Source: an uncultured virus (IMG/VR IMGVR_UViG_3300030103_005599)
Lineage: Duplodnaviria > Heunggongvirae > Uroviricota > Caudoviricetes
IMG/VR virus record: IMGVR_UViG_3300030103_005599
Direction: 5' to 3' (one strand)
Length of the DNA: 60,435 bases
The translations under genes and the position numbers were made by a program. Shown piece by piece: positions 48,323 to 57,237 of this stretch. Numbering within the stretch: the first letter of the stretch is position 1; the number at the start of each line of letters is the position of its first letter. Under the pieces are notes generated by a model that saw nothing but the letters and a program-made list of their open reading frames with translations, was not told the DNA's origin and did no database searches.

Positions 48323-49188
48323 AGTTAGAAGTTTGGACACAGCACGGGCCATTAAATTCGGAGCCTATATTCAATGCGTTTATAAAAAGTTTGCAAGACG
48401 CAGGTGACGAAGTAATACTCAACAGAGATAGCAACGCCGACGTGGCAGTAATATGGAGTGTGCTATGGCTAGGCAGGATGCGTAATTACAGACAGATATG
48501 GAAACGATACAGACAGGCCAACAAGCCTGTGATCGTGCTGGAAGTAGGAGGACTTAGAAGAAATAAAAGTTTCAAGATTGGAATAAATGGAGTCAACAGA
48601 AGAGCAGACTTTGCCAATCAAGAAGTCGACGCAACTAGATGGCCATTATTCAAACACAACATTAAACCATGGAAACAGACAGGTGACAACATAATAATTT
48701 TAGGACAACATGATGCATCCGAGCAGTGGAGTGGTATGCCTAGCATGAAAGTTTGGTTCGAACAACAGATAGAGCAAATTAGAAAACACACCAACAAGCC
48801 TATTCAGGTTAGACCTCATCCTAGGAACCCTGTCGGTTTGGATACAAACAAATATAAAAATGTAACAATTACTAGACCTGTAATGGACAGCAACACAATT
48901 GACGACACCAATTTTAAAGACACTCTAAAAAATGCTTGGGCAGTAGTAAACCACAGTTCAAATCCTGCCATGGAGGCAGTAATCAACGGCATTCCTGTTT
49001 TTGTATCTGAAAGCAGTCTGTGTTACGATGTTGGTAATCATTCTCTAGAAAATATTAATGATCCAAGAATGCCTGATAGACAAACATGGGCAAACAAGTT
49101 ATCATACACTGAATGGTTTCAAGACGAAATTGAAAATGGATTACCATGGAAAAAAATTAAAGAAAGACTTATTAAAAATTATCTATGA
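48319..49188 (+). CDS. GT-B-like capsule-synthesis family paralogue
   Basis: IILGQ, IQVRPHPR and AVVNHSS..AMEAVINGIPVF motifs. Confidence 0.6.
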   Translation: MKLEVWTQHGPLNSEPIFNAFIKSLQDAGDEVILNRDSNADVAVIWSVLWLGRMRNYRQIWKRYRQANKPVIVLEVGGLRRNKSFKIGINGVNRRADFANQEVDATRWPLFKHNIKPWKQTGDNIIILGQHDASEQWSGMPSMKVWFEQQIEQIRKHTNKPIQVRPHPRNPVGLDTNKYKNVTITRPVMDSNTIDDTNFKDTLKNAWAVVNHSSNPAMEAVINGIPVFVSESSLCYDVGNHSLENINDPRMPDRQTWANKLSYTEWFQDEIENGLPWKKIKERLIKNYL

Positions 49189-49922
49189 ATAAGATCGAGC
49201 CAATCGAATGGAAGCCGTACACAGGGGAAACTGTAAACACAAATCTGATTATACGTAACGGCAAGAAAACACAGGAGACTGCTTACTACGAAGACCGGGT
49301 CAAGGCCAAGGTGCGAGGTAACGCTTACTGCATCGGAAATGGTCCATCGAGAAAAAATTTTGATCTCAATAAACTTAAAGCAACAGGACAAACTTACGGC
49401 TGTAACGCACTCTACAGAGACTTCATGCCAGATTTTATTTTTAGTGTTGACATGAGGATGACTCTTTCAATGGTCAAGGATAAAGTTTACGAAAAATGTA
49501 TACACTATGCGCCTTCAATAGAAGTCAACAGACATCCTAAAGGCGGACCGCCACTTTTACATTTGATACCAAACAATCCACACTGGATATCAGGAAACAC
49601 AGCCTTTTGGACTGCCGGTGTCCATGGACATAAAAACATCTACCTGATTGGTTATGATTTCAGAGAGTACGGCAAGGGTGAATTAAACAACATGTATCAA
49701 GACACGTTGAATTATGGTCCTCGAAATGACGACACTGTATTCGATGGTTGGTTAAAACAATTTAGAGATATGATCAAAATGAGACCATATGTAAATTATG
49801 TTGTTGTACATGACAATCCTCCCGAATACATGCAAAATTTACAAACAGGTACAGACCTGGGCAATACAAAAACTATTAGTTACGCTGAATTTGAAAAAGT
49901 TTTAGCACCTGGACAGGTTTAA
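49185..49922 (+). CDS. Maf/CstII-like (DUF115-type) glycosyltransferase candidate
   Basis: CIGNGPSR, YGCNALY, SG..A and IYLIGYD motifs typical of this fold. Confidence 0.6.
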   Translation: MNKIEPIEWKPYTGETVNTNLIIRNGKKTQETAYYEDRVKAKVRGNAYCIGNGPSRKNFDLNKLKATGQTYGCNALYRDFMPDFIFSVDMRMTLSMVKDKVYEKCIHYAPSIEVNRHPKGGPPLLHLIPNNPHWISGNTAFWTAGVHGHKNIYLIGYDFREYGKGELNNMYQDTLNYGPRNDDTVFDGWLKQFRDMIKMRPYVNYVVVHDNPPEYMQNLQTGTDLGNTKTISYAEFEKVLAPGQV

Positions 49923-50378
49923 ACCTGCAACCTTAAATTTATTTTTCCAAGCAAAGAAGTTAGAGTTATGGTTTGAATAAGGATCTTTCAGCCAAGTCAT
50001 TTGATATAGATGTACCATTTCGTGTGCAAGTGTTTCTATAAAATCTTTCCACCTAGGAAATTTGCAGTGTAATTCGATATAGTATTCAACTTCGATATGA
50101 TATGGTATTACCCTTTGATCAAATTTGCCTTTGGGTGTCTTTCTATTGTCCCAATTTGCCACACATCTTCCCCAATCCTTATGTAATTTTTTAATATGTA
50201 AAGGTACTCTTGGTAATCTACTGTTGAAAAGTCCTCTGTTGATCACACCAAACCAGTGATATAATTGTTGTTCTGTTGGTTTGAATCCGGCAATGTTTTT
50301 ATGTCTAGTCAGAGTATTTTCCAACTTAATTTTAAGTTGTTTCCTGACATTTACACTTTTGTTTTTGTACTTTTTCAT
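49902..50378 (-). CDS. SprT-like zinc metalloprotease
   Basis: TLAHEMVHLYQ...H...F motif. Confidence 0.8.
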   Translation of the reverse strand: MKKYKNKSVNVRKQLKIKLENTLTRHKNIAGFKPTEQQLYHWFGVINRGLFNSRLPRVPLHIKKLHKDWGRCVANWDNRKTPKGKFDQRVIPYHIEVEYYIELHCKFPRWKDFIETLAHEMVHLYQMTWLKDPYSNHNSNFFAWKNKFKVAGLNLSRC

Positions 50379-50380
50379 GG

Positions 50381-50408
50381 TTGACTATATTACCAATTAT
50401 GCTATAAT
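50381..50408 (+). promoter_or_regulatory. Sigma70-like promoter (extended -10)
   Basis: TTGACT-16 nt-TATAAT, with TG one base upstream of the -10. Confidence 0.55.
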
Positions 50409-50442
50409 ATACTAATAATTATCTAAATTACCAGGATAGAAA

Positions 50443-51789
50443 ATGCAGTCAGATTTGCCAAAAACAGTTAACGAAGCACTCAAAATATTAGCATATAATG
50501 ATTATTTTTGGGCAAACCCCGGTATGATAGGAAATACAGGGGGAATCAAGCCACATCCAAAGGATAGGCAAACAATCGTATCACTGGCCGAATCACAGTA
50601 TGCTTGGACAGAAAAACAAGCCAAACTTGCATTGATGATCTTTAAAAGATATCTCACAAAATTTGAAGCACACGGGATGGACCTGAAATATCTTGCAGAT
50701 AATCCAGTATATGAATCAGAATTCAGAGTTATAAATTTTGAAAAAACAATCAAGTACGTAACACACAACAACGAGACATACATTCATGTAAAATTTCCTT
50801 ACAACAAAAAAGTTATACAATTAATTAGATGTATCAAAGACAAACGTAACTTGCCAACATCCTATTATTCCTACGACGGAGATTCTAAAACATGGCTATT
50901 CAAACTTACTGATCTTACTGTGTACTACATCACCCTTATAGCCGCTAGATATGATTTTGAATTTGTAACAAAAGACATTCTAAAAGATTACGATGAAGTA
51001 AACAAAGCAATAAGCAATTACAAAGTACCGTCCGCAGAAATAATTGATGGGTCAGTGCAACTCCGTCATGCACCTGATTCGATGGCGGAGTATTGGCAAA
51101 CACATATGGCCAATAAATCTTTAATCGAACAAGTAGACTGTCTTAAAAATTTAAGGATAGATGCAAGTCAATTAGACTTTCCTGCTGTAAATCCTCTAGC
51201 CAAAAAAATTGCTAAAAAAAATTATCACAAACTTTGGATAGATTCTAAAACATATTCCAAAAAGGAAGTAGTAAAATCATTGATAGAATTGAATGCTTTT
51301 CCTCTACTAATGCCTTGCCACAGCGAAGTACAGGAACCTAAGGAAGTTGAAGAGTTCTGGGAATGGCTAAATGCATTCAAAGAGTATGGAATAGATTTAT
51401 TAAAAGAATGTAGTTGGGGTTTTGACTTGAAAGAACCTATATTCAAAAAAGACTTAGATCGTTTTAATCAAGAAAGAACTTACTTACTCAATAACCAAAT
51501 GTCTCAAGAGTTCTTTGAAAACCTATACGAACTACATCAAATGAGCAAACAGTTCAAATTCATAGATAAAAATACCAAAATAATTTTTGTGAGAAACAGA
51601 GTTCCTCGGGCACTGATTAAAAGTAAGATTCAACCACAATCGTCTTTAGTTGCTTTAGGCGGTGGTTATTATGCCACAGGGACAGACAATCTAAAAAGAC
51701 TACTTGAAAATCTTCCTAAAAAGTTGTATTATAGTGATCACCAACCTAGTAGTTGGGATTGGCATGATAACGTTATTAAAAAATTATAA
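50443..51789 (+). CDS. Hypothetical protein with HARP-like motif
   Basis: 448 aa; FPYNKKVIQLIR...YDGDSKTW segment; abuts uvsW. Confidence 0.6.
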   Translation: MQSDLPKTVNEALKILAYNDYFWANPGMIGNTGGIKPHPKDRQTIVSLAESQYAWTEKQAKLALMIFKRYLTKFEAHGMDLKYLADNPVYESEFRVINFEKTIKYVTHNNETYIHVKFPYNKKVIQLIRCIKDKRNLPTSYYSYDGDSKTWLFKLTDLTVYYITLIAARYDFEFVTKDILKDYDEVNKAISNYKVPSAEIIDGSVQLRHAPDSMAEYWQTHMANKSLIEQVDCLKNLRIDASQLDFPAVNPLAKKIAKKNYHKLWIDSKTYSKKEVVKSLIELNAFPLLMPCHSEVQEPKEVEEFWEWLNAFKEYGIDLLKECSWGFDLKEPIFKKDLDRFNQERTYLLNNQMSQEFFENLYELHQMSKQFKFIDKNTKIIFVRNRVPRALIKSKIQPQSSLVALGGGYYATGTDNLKRLLENLPKKLYYSDHQPSSWDWHDNVIKKL

Positions 51790-53259
51790 ATGAGTAGTTG
51801 TAAACTAGTAATCAAAGACGAAGTAAATGTGAAGTTTGAGAACTTGTCTCTCGAATGGCGTAAACGTCTATCCAATAAATTTAAATATGAGATTCCATAC
51901 GCTAGACATCTACCAGCCGTGAAACTTGGCAGGTGGGACGGCAAAGTAAGTTTTTTTGGACTGGGAGGCACAACATATCTAAATCTTGTTGACCAAATAT
52001 TGCCAATATTAGAAGACGGCGGCGTATATGTGGATTTCGAAGATCGGAGACAGCAACACAATTTTGAATTTAAAAAAGTAGATAAAGATTATCTATCACA
52101 CATAACATGGCCCGACAATCATCCATGTGCAGGACAAAAACTAGAACTTCGTGATTATCAAGTTGAGACTATAAACAAGTTTATAGAAAATCCACAGTGT
52201 ATACAGGAGATTGCCACAGGTGCAGGTAAAACAATTATTACAGCGGCGTTGTGTCAACTTGTAGAACCATATGGACGAACACTTACAATAGTCCCTAACA
52301 AAAGTTTAGTAACACAGACAGAAGAAGATTTTCTTACATGTAATTTGGATACTGGAGTATACTACGGAGATAGGAAAGAACTTGGAAGATACAACACGAT
52401 TGCAACGTGGCAAAGTCTTAACGTGCTAGAGAAAAAAGCCAAAGACGAACACACAACAGAGTTCCTCGAAGCCATACAAGGTATCAACACAGTAATAATC
52501 GATGAAGTTCACATGGCAAAAGCAGACGTCCTAAAGAGATTGCTTACTGGCCCGTTTGCACATTGTGGCATACGTTGGGGACTAACAGGTACTGTGCCAA
52601 AAGCAGATTACGAATTCATGGGACTTAAATGTAGCATAGGTGAAGTTGCAAACAGAATACAGGCTAGTGAATTGCAAGACAAAGGAGTATTGGCAAACTG
52701 TCATGTTAATGTTTTACAAACACAAGATTTCCCGCAGTTCAAAAGTTATGGCGAAGAATTAAAATGGCTCACAACAGACACAACACGGATGACATGGGTA
52801 GCACAAACCATCCAAAGCATAGCAACTTCAGGTAATACTTTGATACTTGTTGATAGAATAAGTGCAGGTGAGATACTGGAGAAGAAATTAAAGGACGCAG
52901 TATTTGTATCTGGTTCAACTAAAAATACAGACAGAAAGGAACAATATGATGAAATCTCTACTAGCCAAAATAAAATTATTATTGCCACATATGGAGTTGC
53001 CGCTGTTGGCATTAATATTCCTCGTATTTTTAATCTTGTCCTAATAGAACCGGGCAAGTCATTTGTGCGTGTGATACAATCGATAGGACGTGGTATACGT
53101 AAGGCAGAGGACAAGGATAGTGTGCAAATATGGGATATAACCAGCAGTTGCAAGTTTGCAAAAAGACACCTCGGTCAAAGAAAAAAGTTTTACAAAGAGG
53201 CAAATTACCCGTATAATATAGAAAAGATAGATTATGAAAATCCTTACTCTGGACGATAG
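51790..53259 (+). CDS. uvsW: SF2 DNA helicase UvsW-like
   Basis: LRDYQ, ATGAGKT, DEVH, GLTGT and QSIGRGIR motifs. Confidence 0.9.
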   Translation: MSSCKLVIKDEVNVKFENLSLEWRKRLSNKFKYEIPYARHLPAVKLGRWDGKVSFFGLGGTTYLNLVDQILPILEDGGVYVDFEDRRQQHNFEFKKVDKDYLSHITWPDNHPCAGQKLELRDYQVETINKFIENPQCIQEIATGAGKTIITAALCQLVEPYGRTLTIVPNKSLVTQTEEDFLTCNLDTGVYYGDRKELGRYNTIATWQSLNVLEKKAKDEHTTEFLEAIQGINTVIIDEVHMAKADVLKRLLTGPFAHCGIRWGLTGTVPKADYEFMGLKCSIGEVANRIQASELQDKGVLANCHVNVLQTQDFPQFKSYGEELKWLTTDTTRMTWVAQTIQSIATSGNTLILVDRISAGEILEKKLKDAVFVSGSTKNTDRKEQYDEISTSQNKIIIATYGVAAVGINIPRIFNLVLIEPGKSFVRVIQSIGRGIRKAEDKDSVQIWDITSSCKFAKRHLGQRKKFYKEANYPYNIEKIDYENPYSGR

Positions 53260-53737
53260 AACATACACACTAGAAAGAATACCTGAATGGGTTGATGAGA
53301 AATTGCGATTTGCTGTTCTGGACAACTCAGATCCTGCCAATCCAGATTTCTTTTACATACCATTAATATTCTTAGAAAGTTTCAATGCTCCGGCCGCCGT
53401 TCTTGAAATAGGTGAGCACAAAATTAAAATGCCACTTGATTGGAAAATGTTAATAGGAGAAGCAGGCCAATCAGAGATGCACGTTCTACCAATTACAAGT
53501 TTGAATGACAGAGGTTTTGATGCTTTTACGTTTAATCCTTTGAGCAGTAGTAAACCGGACTTTATGCCTATTGATGTTGTAGACATATACACAGAAGTAA
53601 AATGGTACTTTCCAAAAATAAAATCAGGACAGATGTTAGCAGTTCCATTGCGAGATGGTCCAAAGCCAATGTGTGCCTACTTTGTAAAAGATATATCAAG
53701 ACAATGTGAACAAGTAGATTATGGCTCAGTCTGGTAG
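53234..53737 (+). CDS. Hypothetical beta-rich protein
   Basis: 167 aa; preceded by TTTACA-17 nt-TATAAT (53189-53217). Confidence 0.7.
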   Translation: MKILTLDDRTYTLERIPEWVDEKLRFAVLDNSDPANPDFFYIPLIFLESFNAPAAVLEIGEHKIKMPLDWKMLIGEAGQSEMHVLPITSLNDRGFDAFTFNPLSSSKPDFMPIDVVDIYTEVKWYFPKIKSGQMLAVPLRDGPKPMCAYFVKDISRQCEQVDYGSVW

Positions 53738-53963
53738 AAAAACAATTAAAATAGAGGCTCCTATTATGTTAACAAGTAACGGAACGCCTGTGTGGATGGA
53801 CGACGGTAAATGGGCAATGGATTTCTTTGATTGGTTAGGGAAAGCAAAATTAAATGATAAAGTTTCAGGTTTACAACACATGAACAACAAAATAAAATTA
53901 ACATTTATTACACCAAAAGATTGTACAACATTTGGATTAAAATATGCCAGCAGAAAAAAATAG
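53721..53963 (+). CDS. Hypothetical protein
   Basis: 80-aa ORF overlapping both neighbours. Confidence 0.6.
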   Translation: MAQSGRKTIKIEAPIMLTSNGTPVWMDDGKWAMDFFDWLGKAKLNDKVSGLQHMNNKIKLTFITPKDCTTFGLKYASRKK

Positions 53964-54399
53964 AAAATTTTTTGATCTTAGGAACGGACTCAAGGCAGTC
54001 GATTTCAGAAACAAAGATTACTTTGACAGGATAGACGACAAGGAAAAATCTTTGTACTCTCCTTACATGCTCATGAGATACGTATCAAGCACATCTTCAA
54101 AAGACCCATTTTATGTAGAACACTACGTAGAAATGATCAACGAATGTGTTAATAAACATTGCTTCACTCTAGGCAAACACAAAAAACTTCTATGGATACT
54201 CACGGCAATGTGTGGATCGCTTCAGCAACAGTTCCATCCATGGATCAAACCAATGAAGCGTGTTCCAAATAAAAGTCTGAAGCAGTTGCAACAAATTTAT
54301 CCAAACTGGAAAGAAGCAGACTTAGAAGTGTTAGACAAAATTATCTCAGATAAAGAACTTGAGGAATTAATAGAAGCACATGGCATCGAATCAAAATAA
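53944..54399 (+). CDS. Possible clamp-loader small subunit (gp62-like)
   Basis: YSPYMLMRYVS...N...H..L.W......F.PWIK pattern resembles gp62. Confidence 0.45.
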   Translation: MPAEKNRKFFDLRNGLKAVDFRNKDYFDRIDDKEKSLYSPYMLMRYVSSTSSKDPFYVEHYVEMINECVNKHCFTLGKHKKLLWILTAMCGSLQQQFHPWIKPMKRVPNKSLKQLQQIYPNWKEADLEVLDKIISDKELEELIEAHGIESK

Positions 54400-55066
54400 A
54401 TGTACCTACTGTGGCAAGGAATTTGCAAAGGCAAGAACCTTGCAAGTACACCTATGTGAACCAAAGCGTAGATATCTACAACGCGATGAAAAATGGGTGG
54501 TCAACGCATTTATGGTATTCCAAAGATTCTATCAAATACATCAACACAATGCGAAAGTAAAAACATACGACGACTTTTGTAAAAGTGCTTACTATAACGC
54601 ATTCGTAAAATTTGGTAGATATATCATGCACATCAACCCAATATATCCAGAAAAATATATTGATTATGTTTTACAATCAAAAATTAAATTGGACCACTGG
54701 GCAAGAGACGATTTATACGAAGCATATCTAATAGACACACTCAAGACGGAACCAGTGGAGGCCGCACTGCAAAGAAGTATAGCAACAATGATGGATTGGG
54801 CAAACGAACAAAATGCACAGTGGTCAGACTACTTCAGGCTTGTGAATACAAATAGAGCAGTTGCACACATACAGCAAGGAAAGATAAGTCCGTGGTTGTT
54901 GCTAGGTTGCAACGCAGGCAAAAGGATGTTAAAATCATTTAACGACGAACAATTACAAATGATAGAAAGATTTATAAACCCAAGTTTCTGGCCAAGCAAA
55001 TTGAAAAGTTATCCTGCTGATCATATGCTGGTGCAGGACACAGCAAAGGAGGCCAAAATTGTCTAA
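54380..55066 (+). CDS. Hypothetical protein with N-terminal zinc finger
   Basis: CTYCGKEF.....L..H.C motif. Confidence 0.65.
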   Translation: MASNQNKCTYCGKEFAKARTLQVHLCEPKRRYLQRDEKWVVNAFMVFQRFYQIHQHNAKVKTYDDFCKSAYYNAFVKFGRYIMHINPIYPEKYIDYVLQSKIKLDHWARDDLYEAYLIDTLKTEPVEAALQRSIATMMDWANEQNAQWSDYFRLVNTNRAVAHIQQGKISPWLLLGCNAGKRMLKSFNDEQLQMIERFINPSFWPSKLKSYPADHMLVQDTAKEAKIV

Positions 55067-55292
55067 GATAAAATTAGAAATTACTGATGATCTTAAATTC
55101 GAGGAAGGAGATTGTGCTGTGGTTATCAAGGAGGATGGATCGATCGGTAGAGTGATTATGCCCGATATGAATAAGGATTATCTTAACACAGAAGGTTACA
55201 GAAAATTACTAGACGTCGTTGACGTTCTAGATCCTGGTAGCAAAGAACATTTTATAAAATATACTGAAAAGAAAAAAGGAAGTGTACACTAA
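55059..55292 (+). CDS. Hypothetical protein
   Basis: 77-aa ORF coupled to its neighbours. Confidence 0.6.
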   Translation: MSKIKLEITDDLKFEEGDCAVVIKEDGSIGRVIMPDMNKDYLNTEGYRKLLDVVDVLDPGSKEHFIKYTEKKKGSVH

Positions 55293-55882
55293 TGCCTGAT
55301 GTAGATATAGATTTTTACGATAGAGATGGAGTGCTGAAACTTTTCAAGCACACACCTGCTACAATAATAAAGGACGACAAAATGGAAAAACATAAGACAG
55401 GAGTTTATTTCCATGCTTGTCCAGAGCATCCTGTGACAGGACACAGTTCTCTAGATTACAAGGAAGCGGAAGAAAGAAAATATTTTAAAATAGACATGTT
55501 GAATGTAAACATATACAAAGAAGTCAAATCAGAACAAGAACTAGTTGAATTGATGATACAAGAACCTGACTGGGATATGTTGGAAGATCAAAAGATAGTT
55601 GAAAAACTTTTCCACCTTAACGGGCACTTCAGTATTGTGTCGACACTACGCCCTCGAACTATTGAACAACTTGCGGCTGTACTAGCAATAATAAGACCAG
55701 CCAAGCGACACTTGATGCACAAGGAGTGGAAGGATATAACAAACGAAGTATGGGTACGTCCTGCAGACGGATCATATTTTTTCAAGAAGTCACACGCTGT
55801 GGCATATGCACAGGCCATTGTTGTGCAGATGAATTTAATCAGCAGAGCTAAATATAGTTTTGATGCACCATCAAAAATATAA
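55292..55882 (+). CDS. Miniature DNA polymerase III alpha (DnaE)-like catalytic core
   Basis: MPDVDIDF, KHKTGVYF, FKIDML, LAIIRP and YFFKKSHAVAYA match, in order, the DnaE motifs PDFDVDF, KHAGGVVI, VKFDFL, VALFRP and YGFNKSHSAAYA. Confidence 0.82.
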   Translation: MPDVDIDFYDRDGVLKLFKHTPATIIKDDKMEKHKTGVYFHACPEHPVTGHSSLDYKEAEERKYFKIDMLNVNIYKEVKSEQELVELMIQEPDWDMLEDQKIVEKLFHLNGHFSIVSTLRPRTIEQLAAVLAIIRPAKRHLMHKEWKDITNEVWVRPADGSYFFKKSHAVAYAQAIVVQMNLISRAKYSFDAPSKI

Positions 55883-56015
55883 AAAGAAAAAATCCAAAAA
55901 ACGTACTAAAAGAAACTCCGCTTCAAAAAAAGACCCATATGGCTATCAGCCAGATAGTCCTTTAACATTACACTATATTACAACAGGTTCTATACTTCCT
56001 GAGAAAAAAAATTAG
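55863..56015 (+). CDS. 50-aa highly basic small protein (not in the ORF track)
   Basis: MHHQKYKKKKSKKRTKRNSASKKDPYGYQPDSPLTLHYITTGSILPEKKN*; TAAATA at 55849-55854. Confidence 0.45.
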   Translation: MHHQKYKKKKSKKRTKRNSASKKDPYGYQPDSPLTLHYITTGSILPEKKN

Positions 56016-56386
56016 ATAGGTCTTCTAACTAGTTGGATTGTTTTCCGCTTTACCCGTTTCTTAGAAATTTCCGAAAGTTTAACTGTTGGTCCATGCACGA
56101 TTTCGATATCTTTTGCATTAAGAGTTACCAACGTTGAACGGAAATAACGGAACTCGCCCTTAAGGAAAATGTTAATTGGTAATTTGCGATTAGACTCGTG
56201 CCACCAAGTTTCCCCACATTTGAGATATTTCATTTTATCCTGCGGTAGCATAAGTCTACCATAGTCGTAAAAACTGATAACGTTGGCGTCTTGATTTTGT
56301 ACAATACCAACATATTCCAAATCGCCCTTTCTAATGAGGCTCAAAAATGGAAATTTATCCCTTAAAGTCTTAAAAATTTCGTTCAT
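56012..56386 (-). CDS. Hypothetical protein
   Basis: 124-aa ORF with YVGIVQNQD and WWHESNR.LPINIFL; basic C-terminus. Confidence 0.7.
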   Translation of the reverse strand: MNEIFKTLRDKFPFLSLIRKGDLEYVGIVQNQDANVISFYDYGRLMLPQDKMKYLKCGETWWHESNRKLPINIFLKGEFRYFRSTLVTLNAKDIEIVHGPTVKLSEISKKRVKRKTIQLVRRPI

Positions 56387-56418
56387 GCTCTATCTATAAA
56401 TACTGTTAAATATGTATT

Positions 56419-57237
56419 ATGCAAACAGTATCAAGGTATTTACTATCACAGTTGGTAATATCCTACGTAAATGGTTTTCACGGGAGGAACTCAGAAGTGT
56501 ACGATAGACGATTGACTATACACAGAGGGGTCAGTAATCCCCTTACATTCACGTTCAAAAACGAGGATCAAAAGGCCCAAGATATCACTTCTAAGACTTA
56601 TGAGTTGAATGTGATTGATACGGAGTCCAAAAAATCCGTAATCACCAAAACTCTAACAATACTAGACGATGGCTCTACTGTGAGCACAAAGGGTGATGCT
56701 AGTTGCACTATCACAGAAGGCGACTTGTTACCACTAGATGCTAAATTTTACAACTTTGCAGTGCGTGAAGTAAAATCAGATGGAAGCAGAGAAGTCACAT
56801 ACGCAGACACAGGTTACGCATCTGCAGGCACAATAGAGATTTTGGATGGTGCTTACCCTGAACATATTCCAAGCACAGAAATATCAAGTTTCACTGCTTC
56901 GGGCGGTCCACTAGAATTTACTTCAGGTGCAATAGATGGCAAACCTGGAATCAACAATAACAAAGCATTACACACGATTGCTGTTTACCTTAAAGACTTT
57001 GCAGGTTCGTTCAAAGTCCAAGGAACTATGTCCAGCGATCCAGAAACATCAGACTATTTTGATATTACCTTAGAAGGCGAGTCTGGAAGCACTGTGACTT
57101 TTGAATTACCTGAAACCAAAGTTGCGAATTACAACTTTACCGGTGTTTACCATTCGGTAAGATTCTGTTGGGACAATGGAAGTTCCATGGCTCCAGACAA
57201 CACTGGAAAGATTGACAAAATCCTTTATAGACAGTAA
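56419..57237 (+). CDS. Late structural protein, two beta-sandwich domains (BppU-like N-terminus)
   Basis: Tandem late boxes TATAAATA 56395 and TAAATA 56407; RG..N.L.F.FKN.DQK..DIT pattern. Confidence 0.55.
   Translation: MQTVSRYLLSQLVISYVNGFHGRNSEVYDRRLTIHRGVSNPLTFTFKNEDQKAQDITSKTYELNVIDTESKKSVITKTLTILDDGSTVSTKGDASCTITEGDLLPLDAKFYNFAVREVKSDGSREVTYADTGYASAGTIEILDGAYPEHIPSTEISSFTASGGPLEFTSGAIDGKPGINNNKALHTIAVYLKDFAGSFKVQGTMSSDPETSDYFDITLEGESGSTVTFELPETKVANYNFTGVYHSVRFCWDNGSSMAPDNTGKIDKILYRQ

Noticed and set aside
32290..49922. Host LPS/capsule locus or chimeric assembly
   Set aside because: The genes use the same phage late boxes, overlap flanking phage genes and lack wzx/wzy/ABC export genes.
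53234..53737. Free-standing intein/Hint domain
   Set aside because: Beta-rich and of similar size, but there is no N-terminal Cys/Ser or C-terminal His-Asn; cannot be supported without a structure search.
55292..55882. Frameshifted remnant of a full-length dnaE
   Set aside because: Adjacent frames show no PHP, thumb or OB sequence, and the deletions are internal and in-frame between retained motifs.
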